Virus record (IMG/VR): IMGVR_UViG_3300018719_000001
Source of the DNA: a virus
Strand: one strand, 5' to 3'
DNA: 64,000 nt
The notes under the pieces were generated by a model. It was not told where the DNA came from, did not search any database, and saw nothing but the letters and a program-made list of their open reading frames with translations. Below, piece after piece: positions 43,310 through 52,839 of the stretch. Position 1 is the first letter of the stretch, and every line of letters begins with the position of its first letter. A program made the position numbers and the translations under genes.

Positions 43310-43389
43310 CTGTTCTTTTTCTATTGACACACAACGCGTGACATGATATATTGAATATAGAGATTCAATTACATATCAGGAGGGTTATT

Positions 43390-43752
43390 ATGAGCCGCAA
43401 TAAGCCAAGAATCAAACATTATGGTGATGGAATCACCCGCAATGCCGTTAAATCGTTTGCCCGCATGTTGCCAAAAATGGGCAATATCACGGTTGTACGT
43501 GGAGAGTTTGACAACAGTCGCAAATGGTATCGAGTTCGTTTCATTAACGACATGGGTCATCAGTTCGTTTTTCACGGATTCGCATGGTGGTTTGGAGGAG
43601 AAGGCCCGAACGGACTTGTAAAATGCCTGATCTCGTTAGGGTTCGAGTACGAACAAGTGAAGTGGTTAATGGGGCGCGAGTGGGCAGGAGATAATCACAT
43701 GCCAAATTGCTGGAAGCTGGAAGTGCCACACGCCCTAGGGGTGAAAGCATGA
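43390..43752 (+). CDS. hypothetical early protein
   Basis: ATG 43390 after CAATTACATATCAGGAGGG. Confidence 0.6.
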   Translation: MSRNKPRIKHYGDGITRNAVKSFARMLPKMGNITVVRGEFDNSRKWYRVRFINDMGHQFVFHGFAWWFGGEGPNGLVKCLISLGFEYEQVKWLMGREWAGDNHMPNCWKLEVPHALGVKA

Positions 43753-43943
43753 AAGAAGCAATCTTAGGAAAGTATACATTTACTTTCCGTGGCAAGAATG
43801 GTAATGTACAAACCATCGAAATACCCGCATTCGTTGAACATCAAGCATATATGTATGCACGTGATCTAGCAGAACAATTAATGTTCTACTGGGAATGCGA
43901 GGTAAGTTATGAACGAAACTTACTGATACAAAATCGCTCCTAA
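43749..43943 (+). CDS. hypothetical early protein
   Basis: ATGA overlap with the upstream stop. Confidence 0.5.
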   Translation: MKEAILGKYTFTFRGKNGNVQTIEIPAFVEHQAYMYARDLAEQLMFYWECEVSYERNLLIQNRS

Positions 43944-44036
43944 TTGGGGCGATTTTCTTTTTGTTCTTATCTGTTGACAGTGTTACTTATGACTGCTATA
44001 ATAATAATAGATTCAATTACATAGGGGGAAATACTA

Positions 44037-44351
44037 ATGGAAGATACAGAAATTGTATTGATCAAGACGAATGCAGATATCAAGATACGAGAAAATCAAC
44101 CGTTTATCTATGAAAATATTAAATACATCTGTAAACGGATCATCACATTGACCTTCGAAGAGTCAGCGCGTTTTCGTATCCAGTTGGAAGTGTCAGCGAT
44201 TCGCTTAGAAGGCGAGGTTTGTCCGCACTGCCCAATGCCTATTTATGGAAGCCAACAGGCATTGAGACACAATGGACAAGTGATGCACCTGAAGTGCGCA
44301 ATTGAATCAGGAGACTTTGAAAGAATACGAAAAGAAGCAAGCCCCCAATAA
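44037..44351 (+). CDS. hypothetical early protein (CPHCP motif)
   Basis: CAATTACATAGGGGGAA-7-ATG. Confidence 0.6.
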   Translation: MEDTEIVLIKTNADIKIRENQPFIYENIKYICKRIITLTFEESARFRIQLEVSAIRLEGEVCPHCPMPIYGSQQALRHNGQVMHLKCAIESGDFERIRKEASPQ

Positions 44352-44525
44352 GGGGGCTTTTGTTTGTTGACAATAGATGATTTTTCAATTGCTTGTTGCA
44401 AACAAAAAAGCAATGAGCGCTGAAAAAAGTTGTTGACTGTCACTTTCATCCATGTTATACTAAAAGTGTCGAAAGGGATAAACACTAATCGACAAAAAAT
44501 TACATATGAAAAGGTGGAATTATTA

Positions 44526-44927
44526 ATGTGCCAAGTTTGTGTAAATACTGTCCGCGAAAACATGAAGGGCGCTATCGAAGTGATCGGGAATCGAAAGTTG
44601 CCACTGCTGGAAGTGCGGCGCAAGCCAGCCGCCGCTATAACTACTTTCGGTTTGGAAGTCGGCTTCGAAGTTGAGCACTCTGTCAAAGAAGCGGAAGTCG
44701 TCAGCTTCTATGTTGCGGGAAACATTTTTCATGTCGCTGAAATGGAAGACGGAAACGTTCTGATTCAGGACGAGTTGGAAATTGTAGACCGCAAAAATAC
44801 GGTTGAATGGTTCTTGAATCGCCCCGAAGAATGTTTTTGCTACAAGTGCCTGCTCTGCTCCGTAATCGTCGAAATATACAAGGAAGTCAAGGAATCGGCA
44901 GATCAAACACCACAAGTTGTAAATTAA
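44526..44927 (+). CDS. hypothetical early protein
   Basis: ATG 44526 after AAATTACATATGAAAAGGTGG. Confidence 0.55.
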   Translation: MCQVCVNTVRENMKGAIEVIGNRKLPLLEVRRKPAAAITTFGLEVGFEVEHSVKEAEVVSFYVAGNIFHVAEMEDGNVLIQDELEIVDRKNTVEWFLNRPEECFCYKCLLCSVIVEIYKEVKESADQTPQVVN

Positions 44928-45051
44928 TCCGTAACGCCCTACTAAAGTAGGGCGTTTTTCATTTCCTCGGACAAACGAAAACTATGTCTTGACAAATTGT
45001 TCTGAATGATGTATATTATCAAATATCAAGATATAGCTAGGAGGAAAAGCC

Positions 45052-45234
45052 TTGACATCTCAAAATATTGCCGTACTTTATAGAAAAGAGCGCAAAATCA
45101 AGCGTGACATTCGTCGTAAAAAACGCCGTGAAACAATAAGGCAACGATTGGAAGAATGCGGAAGAATGTTGCTGTGGGTAGGTGTATTCTATGTAATGAT
45201 TGTTCTGTACAAAATGGCAACTGATTTTCAATAA
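45052..45234 (+). CDS. small basic protein with C-terminal TM helix
   Basis: TTG start after AGGAGGAAAAGCC; RKKRRE-rich then LLWVGVFYVMIVLY. Confidence 0.45.
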   Translation: MTSQNIAVLYRKERKIKRDIRRKKRRETIRQRLEECGRMLLWVGVFYVMIVLYKMATDFQ

Positions 45235-45238
45235 CCTG

Positions 45239-45267
45239 TTGACTTTTGTACGCACTAGTAGTATTAT
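45239..45267 (+). promoter_or_regulatory. early promoter
   Basis: TTGACT-17-TATTAT. Confidence 0.55.
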
Positions 45268-45318
45268 ATAGACAGAGGAAAACAACATTTTGCATCAATT
45301 ACATAGGGGGTTTTGCAA

Positions 45319-45387
45319 ATGCAAACCATTAAGGCTCTATTCGTGGAGCCAGAAAAGTTCTCCAAGGTTGTAGAAATCGACATATGA
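45319..45387 (+). CDS. 22-codon ORF upstream of MazF-like gene (remnant antitoxin or leader peptide?)
   Basis: Own translation MQTIKALFVEPEKFSKVVEIDI; CAATTACATAGGGGG SD context; followed by hairpin CGGGGGA...TCCCCCG. Confidence 0.3.
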   Translation: MQTIKALFVEPEKFSKVVEIDI

Positions 45388-45450
45388 GGACGAAGATAGT
45401 CAACGGGGGAAGTGACACATATGTCATCTCCCCCGTTTGAATTTTTGTTG

Positions 45451-45480
45451 TTGACACAGAAGAGGAAGTCATGTTATACT
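45451..45480 (+). promoter_or_regulatory. promoter of MazF-like gene
   Basis: TTGACA-18-TATACT; its leader lacks the AATTACATA box. Confidence 0.55.
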
Positions 45481-45517
45481 ATAAACAACGATTAGCAAAC
45501 GACTAGAGGTGAACACG

Positions 45518-45898
45518 ATGGAAGCAGTAGCCAGAACACATAACGTTGTACCAATGCCGCGCTACGACTATATGCGCGGGGATATTTATATGGTAGACCT
45601 TAACATTGACTCACACGGCAGGGAGCAACGGGGCTATCGTCCCTGTGTAATCGTCTCCAACAATATAGGAAACAAGTTCTCTCCAATTGTAACCGTTATT
45701 CCCATCACGTCCAGCAAAAAGGACTTTAAATGTCATGTGCCAGTAGTATCTGAAGCTCTGGATAAAGATAGCGTTGTTACCTGTGAGCAGGTCAAGACCG
45801 TCGATAAAACACGACTTAAAAATAGAATTGGTCGATTGACTTCTAGTGAAATGGAAGCAGTTGACATGACGCTGAAAATGAGCTTAGGATTGAGTTAA
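45518..45898 (+). CDS. mazF: MazF/PemK/EndoA-family endoribonuclease (no cognate antitoxin gene seen)
   Basis: By-eye full-length alignment to B. subtilis EndoA: RGDIYMVDL..GREQRGYRPCVIVSNNIGNKFSPIVTVIPITS...DSVVTCEQVKTVDKTRL; ATG 45518 after AGAGGTG. Confidence 0.85.
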   Translation: MEAVARTHNVVPMPRYDYMRGDIYMVDLNIDSHGREQRGYRPCVIVSNNIGNKFSPIVTVIPITSSKKDFKCHVPVVSEALDKDSVVTCEQVKTVDKTRLKNRIGRLTSSEMEAVDMTLKMSLGLS

Positions 45899-45910
45899 TA
45901 GAAACGATCT

Positions 45911-45936
45911 AACCACCCCTTGGGTGGTTTTTTTGT
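45911..45936 (+). terminator. rho-independent terminator
   Basis: AACCACCC-CTT-GGGTGGTT + TTTTT. Confidence 0.75.
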
Positions 45937-45958
45937 GCACACTTCATTCAATTGCCTG

Positions 45959-45988
45959 TTGACAATATGAGTGTTGACGTGATATTCT
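45959..45988 (+). promoter_or_regulatory. early promoter
   Basis: TTGACA-18-TATTCT then TATATCAAGAGA; CATTCAATTGCCTG upstream. Confidence 0.55.
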
Positions 45989-46035
45989 TATATCAAGAGA
46001 TGAGTAGTTCGTTACAAAGAGGAGGAATTACATAA

Positions 46036-47283
46036 ATGGAAATGACAGCGGTTGTAACCCGTAAAAATTTGGAATCTCTGGAAGAAAAGATCAACAAATG
46101 GAATAAGCGCTCCAAGAAGACGGGTGTATCTCCAATTGTGCTGAAGGTTCTGGAATCGTGGGTAGAACCTAAAGAGCGCAAGGTGGAAGGCGAAACAGTG
46201 ACTTATTTAATTCACTGGCGAAAAATCGTATTGAATGGCGAACGACCGCAAATCAAAGGGTACCGATTCGTAAGCGCGATTGAACATCTGACCGAAGGTG
46301 CAAACATCCTCCGTACTATCGAAGGCGAGGAGGTTCCAGCGCATTACCGCACGGCACGTGGAAACTGCGATCATTGCAAAATCAATCGTTATCGAAAGCA
46401 TACGGTAATTATTCAGAAAGCGGAAACAGGCGAATACATCCAGATCGGAAAGTCTTGTCTGTCAGACTTTCTTCCAAATCAGAATGTCGAAGAGGTAGCC
46501 AAATACTTCGAATACCTGTCCACCCTCTCTGATGAGCTAAGACGGGTGGATGGCGGCGAACCTGACGAAGACGATGGTTATGAAAGCGGAATGGGTGGAG
46601 GTGGAAAACGTGAGTTCTATTTACCAGATTTCCTAACGGTGTGCGCCGAATTGGTTTTGCGAGGTGGCTACACAAAAGCATCAAAAGAAGGATACGATTT
46701 TCGATTGTCAACAGGCGATAGGGCATGGAACTTTTTGGTAGATAAGAGCGACTACAACAAGCCTTCTAAAGACCCGTTGGAAATTACAAAGTTTAATCCT
46801 CTTAACAAAGAAATGAGTCAAGAGTTCGGTGAAAGGGTTCTTAAATGGGTGTTAACGCTTGACGGTAATAATGACTTGAGCGAATATGAACACAACATTT
46901 TGACAATCGCTAAATACCAAGCTGTAGAATGGAAGAACCGAAACATAGCGGCTTCCATGTTTGCCGCATATCAACGGGCGCAAGATCGACTGCAAGATAT
47001 GAAAGAGGAGGATAGAAAGGCGAACACAAGCGAACACATCGGACAACCGAAAGAACGAATTGCAATCAAAAATGCTAAAGTAGTTAAGATCGTTAAAAAC
47101 GAAGGAACCTATGGAGTAAGTCACATTCACACAATTGAGGACGAGAAGGGTAATGTGTTCGTATGGTTCTGCACAGGGATTCCATTGGAGGAGGGTGCTA
47201 TATACGATGAACTAAGGGGCACAGTCAAAAAGCATGTCGAGTTTAGGGGTATAAAACAAACCGTGCTATCAAGAGTCTCTTAG
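46036..47283 (+). CDS. hypothetical protein, one of the larger early ORFs (415 aa)
   Basis: GAGGAGGAATTACATAAATG context; cysteine cluster CDHCK...GKSC; no recognised domain. Confidence 0.7.
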   Translation: MEMTAVVTRKNLESLEEKINKWNKRSKKTGVSPIVLKVLESWVEPKERKVEGETVTYLIHWRKIVLNGERPQIKGYRFVSAIEHLTEGANILRTIEGEEVPAHYRTARGNCDHCKINRYRKHTVIIQKAETGEYIQIGKSCLSDFLPNQNVEEVAKYFEYLSTLSDELRRVDGGEPDEDDGYESGMGGGGKREFYLPDFLTVCAELVLRGGYTKASKEGYDFRLSTGDRAWNFLVDKSDYNKPSKDPLEITKFNPLNKEMSQEFGERVLKWVLTLDGNNDLSEYEHNILTIAKYQAVEWKNRNIAASMFAAYQRAQDRLQDMKEEDRKANTSEHIGQPKERIAIKNAKVVKIVKNEGTYGVSHIHTIEDEKGNVFVWFCTGIPLEEGAIYDELRGTVKKHVEFRGIKQTVLSRVS

Positions 47284-47310
47284 AACTACCTTAACAGGTA
47301 GTTCTTTTTG
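47282..47310 (+). terminator. rho-independent terminator
   Basis: AGAACTACC...GGTAGTTCT + TTTT. Confidence 0.75.
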
Positions 47311-47439
47311 TCTTATTTTGTCGATAAGTATATTCGCGAAATTGCTTGAAAACCGTTGACTAATGTTTGCATATGGTATATACTAGCATTGTAAGGAGTT
47401 TACGGATAACAAAAGACTAATAAATGGAGGGTTTACAAA

Positions 47440-47892
47440 ATGAAAAAATTCGTGGCTGGTCTGATCGTTGGTGTGCTGATGATGTGCGGCAACTCTGCAT
47501 TTGCAAGCTCCATCGTCAAAGAGCTTCAGATTGTTGTTGATGGTTCCGATAAGACGATTCATTCGATGGAGTACGATGATCGAAACTTCGTGGCTATTCG
47601 CGATATTGTTTCGGCAACTGGCGGCAATGTTAGAGTAGAAAACGGCAAGATCAATGTACTGACTGGCAAGTTCATCAATGACATGGTAGGGAAACAAGTT
47701 AGAGTCAAGGTCAAGCAAGATGTAAACGGCTTTGATGTGGATACAAGCCAAGTATACACCGTAACCAATATCAACAACTTTAACGCAATTTATGGGAACT
47801 TCCCCACAAACTATTGGAAGGGCGCAACAGCGTTCATCACTGTTGGAAACAAACACTTGCTAAACCCTTTCGATGTTGAAATGGTGAAGTAA
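47440..47892 (+). CDS. secreted protein with copper-amine-oxidase-N-terminal-like (stalk) domain
   Basis: Signal peptide MKKFVAGLIVGVLMMCGNSAFA; IVVDGSDKTIHSMEYDDRNFVAIRDIVSATGGNVRVENGKINVL pattern. Confidence 0.5.
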   Translation: MKKFVAGLIVGVLMMCGNSAFASSIVKELQIVVDGSDKTIHSMEYDDRNFVAIRDIVSATGGNVRVENGKINVLTGKFINDMVGKQVRVKVKQDVNGFDVDTSQVYTVTNINNFNAIYGNFPTNYWKGATAFITVGNKHLLNPFDVEMVK

Positions 47893-48382
47893 AATACATC
47901 TAAACAAAAACCACCTTCGTCGGGTGGTTTTTTTGTTTGGATGTAAGTGATAGGAGTAGCTTGCAGGACATCCTCTGTGGCGCTCTCGTTGATATGTGTG
48001 ATCGTTTCTACGGCTGTTTGATAGCCTAGCGCATACTCACGAGTTTTGGGCGATATGCTGAACCTAAAACGCTATAAGATGTTATTGACTGCTGTTTTAT
48101 TATGTGTTAGCATTGATATGCGGTAAGGGTTTCATCATATAGCCCCATATGTGGCGCATAATGGGGCAACAATTATTTGGATGGTGTTAATGTTGTTTAA
48201 CACTAAAACACCAAGAATACGAAGGGCATAAAATACTTGAACATCTAAATAATACCTTAGAATACATTAATTCTATGTAAATCAACGGTAGCCTTGTCTC
48301 ATTTTGTAGTTGACAACCATACCGAATTTTGGTAAGATGAAAGTAGAAACGCATTACATAGTGGAGGGAGAATCATTTGCAC

Positions 48383-48535
48383 ATGCAAGCCAAAATCATT
48401 AACGAAAATCTCTTTCGTCTGCCCATCGGTATGGTACTAGAAGTTGAGTCCTATGATTCCGTAGCTGTTTACTGTGAACACGAAGGCAAAACCCTTCTCT
48501 TCATCAGAGACGAAGAAGTCGAATTAAAGGGGTGA
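48383..48535 (+). CDS. hypothetical 50-aa protein
   Basis: Own translation; CATTACATAGTGGAGGG SD (in-frame TTG 48377 alternative). Confidence 0.4.
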   Translation: MQAKIINENLFRLPIGMVLEVESYDSVAVYCEHEGKTLLFIRDEEVELKG

Positions 48536-48540
48536 AGTTA

Positions 48541-48936
48541 ATGAGCATTGAAGAACGCTACTTTAGGTGCTATGACCGAGAGGGCAATCTTGTGGGTATC
48601 GTTGGGGGCTTTACAATTTACGATGCTATCCATCAACTTCAACCGCAACCTTGGGGAACGTTTGCTTCTGTTGTTGAAATTGATATTTCAAAACTAGAAT
48701 CTTTAAGCCCCATGACCATCTTCAATTCAACACAAGACCAAATGATAAATGCACTTAACACGACTGGCATGATTGTGCTGAAAGGCGACGACAATCGTGT
48801 TATGGTTTATCGTGGTGTAAAAAAGTTTCAAGTAGTTGGGAGAGACTTTCGAATTACTCACCAAACGACCGAACAAGCAGTAGAATGTGCTGTTGCTAAG
48901 ATGCAGGGCAATTTGGAGTGGAAAGCCGTCCAATAG
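48541..48936 (+). CDS. hypothetical early protein
   Basis: ATG 48541 after AAAGGGG (track GTG 48532 alternative). Confidence 0.55.
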   Translation: MSIEERYFRCYDREGNLVGIVGGFTIYDAIHQLQPQPWGTFASVVEIDISKLESLSPMTIFNSTQDQMINALNTTGMIVLKGDDNRVMVYRGVKKFQVVGRDFRITHQTTEQAVECAVAKMQGNLEWKAVQ

Positions 48937-49052
48937 TGTAACAGTAGCCACCCACAAAAAGGGTGGTTATATTTTTGTATCAGGGTGTTGACATGTGTCG
49001 ATAATTGTCCTATAATTTTGGGTAGTAGGACAAATTACATAAGACAAGGAGA

Positions 49053-49589
49053 ATGAATGTGTTCAAAGGTATCATCAATGCAATTGACGGATTGACCAAC
49101 CAATTAGCCGAGTTTAACAAACTCGAAAGAGAAAGGAGAGCCGCCGACCAAAGGAATTTTGAAGTTTTGAAAGAAACTATAGAATCTCAACAGCGCCAAA
49201 TCGACCTCCTTAACTTCCAGTTGAAAGAGATTAAAGCTGGAATTAACAATCCGCAAGTTTTGGAGGTTTTTAGTAACCAAAAAATACAAGATCAACAAGA
49301 TCAGAAAGAGCATCAAAAAAGCAAGTACGAATGGGTTCACGTCCCCACGAATCGCAGAGGGGACATTATGTGGTCTTCTAGCGATATGACGAGAGAACAA
49401 GTCGAAAATCAGGTCTTATACGAACTAGAAGCGATTCATGGAGTAGATATTTCTTTGGGGAGAAACTTGGATACCAGTCTCTATACTCAGATCAAGTCTC
49501 ACAACAAGGGGATATCTTGGGGCGAGATCGTTGAACGTGCACGTCAAAATGCTATCAAAGTCGAAACAGTGTCGGTGATTCAAGAATGA
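49053..49589 (+). CDS. hypothetical coiled-coil protein
   Basis: AAATTACATAAGACAAGGAGA-ATG. Confidence 0.6.
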   Translation: MNVFKGIINAIDGLTNQLAEFNKLERERRAADQRNFEVLKETIESQQRQIDLLNFQLKEIKAGINNPQVLEVFSNQKIQDQQDQKEHQKSKYEWVHVPTNRRGDIMWSSSDMTREQVENQVLYELEAIHGVDISLGRNLDTSLYTQIKSHNKGISWGEIVERARQNAIKVETVSVIQE

Positions 49590-49846
49590 ACAACTTGAAA
49601 GGAAAAAAGTTTGGAAGATTAACCGTTCTTTCGAAAGGAGAAGGGAAGTCATTCTGGAAGTGTGAATGCAAATGTGGCAACATTGTTACCGTGAGAAGCG
49701 ACAATCTGCGAAGCGGCAGAAGTCAAAGTTGTGGATGCTTACGTAAACGATCAAGAACTGGCAATGTCTTAATTGTTGAGCGAGATGAAGATGAAATACC
49801 CACAGTGTTACAAATGGATGGACGCAAATATCGGTTAGTGAATTGA
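49586..49846 (+). CDS. zinc-ribbon protein (GRLTVL...WxCxCxCG...SCGC family)
   Basis: ATGA overlap with the upstream stop; four Cys pairs. Confidence 0.55.
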   Translation: MNNLKGKKFGRLTVLSKGEGKSFWKCECKCGNIVTVRSDNLRSGRSQSCGCLRKRSRTGNVLIVERDEDEIPTVLQMDGRKYRLVN

Positions 49847-49898
49847 GCGAAATTACTTAGCATGACTCATGACATCATGTTAATGGAGGGTTCATTCC

Positions 49899-50204
49899 TT
49901 GAATGTTGAAGCAGACAACTCTAAAAGCGTAGCACAGCTTAAAGAGGAATTGCAACAGCTAGTGCTATTGCTTGCTTCAAAAGATGTAACCAGAAAGGAA
50001 ATTGTTGACCTTGCAAGAGGTGCATACAACAAAGGGAACTGTTCAGTCGATGGTTGCGAAAGACCTGCCCGAACAGGTGGTTTATGTAGCGCTTGCTATC
50101 AATATTTTAGAAGGCACGGAACACTAGTTCGTATTCGCAGACGAGCTTCGAATCGTTCTGTAGGAACGTGCCCACATAAAACAAATAAGGGGATGAAAAT
50201 ATGA
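49899..50204 (+). CDS. zinc-finger protein (CSVDGC...GLCSACY motif)
   Basis: TTG start after AATGGAGGG. Confidence 0.5.
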   Translation: MNVEADNSKSVAQLKEELQQLVLLLASKDVTRKEIVDLARGAYNKGNCSVDGCERPARTGGLCSACYQYFRRHGTLVRIRRRASNRSVGTCPHKTNKGMKI

Positions 50205-50305
50205 CCAAGAAGCAGGACTGGATACTTACAGCTATAACACTGCTGGCACTACTCGTTGTCGTTGGCTTGGAAGTTCGCCATCAAATCATAACCTTTTACA
50301 GCTAA
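50201..50305 (+). CDS. 34-aa single-TM peptide
   Basis: Own translation MTKKQDWILTAITLLALLVVVGLEV...; ATGA overlap with the upstream stop. Confidence 0.35.
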   Translation: MTKKQDWILTAITLLALLVVVGLEVRHQIITFYS

Positions 50306-50306
50306 A

Positions 50307-50355
50307 GAAAATCCTCCAATTGCGAATTGACAATTGGAGGATTTTCTTGTATACT
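50307..50355 (+). promoter_or_regulatory. fused terminator-promoter palindrome
   Basis: Hairpin AAAATCCTCCAATTG...CAATTGGAGGATTTT with TTGACA (50327) in the loop; descending arm is the 17-bp spacer to TATACT (50350). Confidence 0.65.
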
Positions 50356-50388
50356 AAAAATAGATCAATTACATAAAGGTGTGATGAC

Positions 50389-50616
50389 GTGACACGAGAA
50401 GAGTTTTTGGAGTCTAGAGGATGGAAACTAACCTTCGATGCACCAACAATGAAAAAGTGGGACTTATTTACTGAATTCACGCATTATGAACTCTATGCTC
50501 ACTTTCCAGACGATGGCGATAAGCCTTATTGCAACCTGTATTACACGTCTGGCGACGATTGCTTCGTGTTCTCGTGGCGAAATATGAAATCAATGATCGA
50601 GAAGTTGACAACATAA
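50389..50616 (+). CDS. hypothetical early protein
   Basis: GTG start after CAATTACATAAAGGTG. Confidence 0.5.
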   Translation: MTREEFLESRGWKLTFDAPTMKKWDLFTEFTHYELYAHFPDDGDKPYCNLYYTSGDDCFVFSWRNMKSMIEKLTT

Positions 50617-50623
50617 GGAGGAA

Positions 50624-50836
50624 ATGCTTTTGCATAAACACACTCGAAAGCATATCATGCGCGTAGCAAAATGGATTTCCATGATTTCGTTTTTCGCATT
50701 TCTATTGACTACTGGCATTATAATCTATTTCGACAACACGACAAATAAATTCTTGGAACTCGTATTCATGTTATCAATAGGAATATGTTGGTGGAGTGCG
50801 TCAATTTACGATACAAATGCAATGCAAAAAGATTGA
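50624..50836 (+). CDS. two-TM membrane protein
   Basis: AAGGAGGAA-ATG; two hydrophobic helices. Confidence 0.55.
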   Translation: MLLHKHTRKHIMRVAKWISMISFFAFLLTTGIIIYFDNTTNKFLELVFMLSIGICWWSASIYDTNAMQKD

Positions 50837-50878
50837 TGCAAATGCGGTTATATAGAAGGAAGTGTAGTCAATATGTTG

Positions 50879-50907
50879 TTGACATATTGTTAGCTCTATG
50901 CTAAAAT
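50879..50907 (+). promoter_or_regulatory. early promoter
   Basis: TTGACA-17-TAAAAT. Confidence 0.55.
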
Positions 50908-50931
50908 TAATGCAAGGAGGTGAGTTCGACA

Positions 50932-51162
50932 ATGTACATCACTGTAGTTAAAGGAATATTGACAGGTCGAATCGGAAGCGATTCGACGAACAGAGCCACG
51001 GATAAGGTTCATGTAGTTGCTAGAAGTGGTAATGAGACTGTGTGCGGAATTAAACTCAAAAACAGCAAATCTCTAGGATTTCCAGAGATAGCAGAATCGA
51101 AAGAGGTAAATTGCAAGCGCTGTAAATCGTCTTACTATGGAGACTTGGCAATAGAGATTTAA
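50932..51162 (+). CDS. hypothetical protein (CGIK...CKRC zinc motif)
   Basis: ATG 50932 (track GTG 50920 overlaps the SD). Confidence 0.5.
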   Translation: MYITVVKGILTGRIGSDSTNRATDKVHVVARSGNETVCGIKLKNSKSLGFPEIAESKEVNCKRCKSSYYGDLAIEI

Positions 51163-51203
51163 TGCTAAGTTATCTACGAATTACATAATCGGGAGGTTAT
51201 TAT

Positions 51204-51461
51204 ATGGGCAGTATGAAGTTTAATGAGGAATGTTGCTGTCAAGAAGAACCGAAGTCAATCGGAAGATACGAGGGCATCAATCGCACATTTTTCATCTATG
51301 CAAAATCGAATGAAGGCACATTTGGAGCCATTCTCGTAGGCGCAAGTTACGAAGAAGCGGAATGGCTCCAATGGAGCCTGTCTGAAGCTGGTAAGAGCGT
51401 ATGCGCTGACAATGGTAGAGACGATGAAATGATTTACGAAGACGAAATCGTTTGGACTTAA
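51204..51461 (+). CDS. hypothetical early protein
   Basis: Promoter-less gap with GAATTACATAATCGGGAGG-8-ATG. Confidence 0.6.
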   Translation: MGSMKFNEECCCQEEPKSIGRYEGINRTFFIYAKSNEGTFGAILVGASYEEAEWLQWSLSEAGKSVCADNGRDDEMIYEDEIVWT

Positions 51462-51511
51462 AACAAAATGTGGCATTGTCTATTGACAATTGCCACATTT
51501 TGTTTTATAAT
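51460..51511 (+). promoter_or_regulatory. fused terminator-promoter palindrome
   Basis: AAAACAAAATGTGGCA...TGCCACATTTTGTTTT with TTGACA (51483) in the loop, 17 bp to TATAAT (51506). Confidence 0.65.
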
Positions 51512-51549
51512 AATGGTAGATCGAATTACATAATGAGAGGGCAGATATT

Positions 51550-51750
51550 ATGTCTTGGAAAAATGAGAAGCAAAATTATATTAATCTTGGAGGAGGTAAC
51601 GGTTGGAAAGAAATTAAACTCTGTCCTTTAATTTTCGAAAAAGCTCTCTCTGAAGAGGAAGTTGAATTGTTTTGGTCTTTCGTAAAAAGGGTTCAACAGA
51701 AGGAAGCAGAAATCTATGGCGATGATTCAGAAGGCTATGGATATCTGTAA
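51550..51750 (+). CDS. hypothetical early protein
   Basis: GAATTACATAATGAGAGGG-9-ATG. Confidence 0.6.
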   Translation: MSWKNEKQNYINLGGGNGWKEIKLCPLIFEKALSEEEVELFWSFVKRVQQKEAEIYGDDSEGYGYL

Positions 51751-51788
51751 ATGAAATGTTGGTTTTATTTAGAAAGGGAGTTGATGTT

Positions 51789-51935
51789 ATGTGGTACTGG
51801 AAAGCAAAAACAAAGGATGGTCAAGAGTTGTGTGGTCATTGTGAAGATTATAACGGCGCTTTAGATACTTGTTTGGCAGAAAATCCACAATACAAAGATG
51901 AGGACATTATTCAAATTGAAGTTTTGGAAGACTAA
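51789..51935 (+). CDS. hypothetical 48-aa protein
   Basis: Own translation MWYWKAKTKDGQELCGHCEDYNG...; AAGGGAG SD. Confidence 0.4.
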   Translation: MWYWKAKTKDGQELCGHCEDYNGALDTCLAENPQYKDEDIIQIEVLED

Positions 51936-51971
51936 ATGAAACGTTGATTTCATAATAAAGGAGGGATATTG

Positions 51972-52154
51972 ATGTTTACGCTATTCGAGGTGGATGGAGC
52001 AAGCAAGTGGTATAGAACTGACGATGATATTTACAATGTCCTCGAACGACAAGATGGAGTATTCTTAATTTACAAATTGCGAGAAAATGAATACATCTAT
52101 ACAGGAATTAAATATCACTCGTTGCAAGAATGCGAAAATGCAATAAAAGGTTAG
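51972..52154 (+). CDS. hypothetical early protein
   Basis: AAAGGAGGG-6-ATG. Confidence 0.55.
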   Translation: MFTLFEVDGASKWYRTDDDIYNVLERQDGVFLIYKLRENEYIYTGIKYHSLQECENAIKG

Positions 52155-52180
52155 ATTCGCAGAAAGGAGGTGGGTGCAAA

Positions 52181-52363
52181 ATGATCGCATTATCTTTCAT
52201 TGTGTATTTGGCATCGCTGTACTTTGGTTACAAACTAATGAAAACGGATAGCAATAAAATACTTAACCAAAAGGATAAAATACTTATTTCTATATGGTTT
52301 ACTATATTCATCGTATCTCAGGTTATTTGGATCGGAGGAGTCATGAATGCAATTATGTCGTAA
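52181..52363 (+). CDS. two-TM membrane protein
   Basis: ATG 52181 after AAAGGAGGTGGG. Confidence 0.5.
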   Translation: MIALSFIVYLASLYFGYKLMKTDSNKILNQKDKILISIWFTIFIVSQVIWIGGVMNAIMS

Positions 52364-52405
52364 ATAAAATTTTACTTCTATAAATACGAAAGGAGTTGAA
52401 GTGCA

Positions 52406-52612
52406 ATGTTAAATAGTTTTACTGATAGTAAAAATCAAAAAGGCACCATTGGATCAAAAGTTTGTCATTGGATGACATTTGGCAAACCCAATGCAGAAGT
52501 GAAGGGTGTTATTAGAATTTATAAACGTGGCAAGGCTGGAACTATGCTTCTGCTGGAAGGAGATCGGACAACGGTTCCAGCAAAGAGTTACACGATTATT
52601 AATAAATTTTAG
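52406..52612 (+). CDS. hypothetical early protein
   Basis: AAAGGAG SD. Confidence 0.5.
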   Translation: MLNSFTDSKNQKGTIGSKVCHWMTFGKPNAEVKGVIRIYKRGKAGTMLLLEGDRTTVPAKSYTIINKF

Positions 52613-52632
52613 TTTCGCAAGGAGTTTTTAAA

Positions 52633-52809
52633 GTGGAGAAAAGAAAACGAACATTATGGTGGAAGGCAATTGACAGCAAAGGGGTTACTATCGACCTCTG
52701 TATAGCCGAAAACAAAAAAATTGCTGAATACGCATTCAAAAGAGCATCAAAGAAGTTTGTAGACAAATACGTTGACTGGAAGGATACCGTGATTCTTTAT
52801 GAAGATTAA
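52633..52809 (+). CDS. hypothetical 58-aa protein
   Basis: Own translation; GTG start after CAAGGAG. Confidence 0.4.
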   Translation: MEKRKRTLWWKAIDSKGVTIDLCIAENKKIAEYAFKRASKKFVDKYVDWKDTVILYED

Positions 52810-52839
52810 TTTAATTCAATAAAAGGGAGTGTTTGGAAT

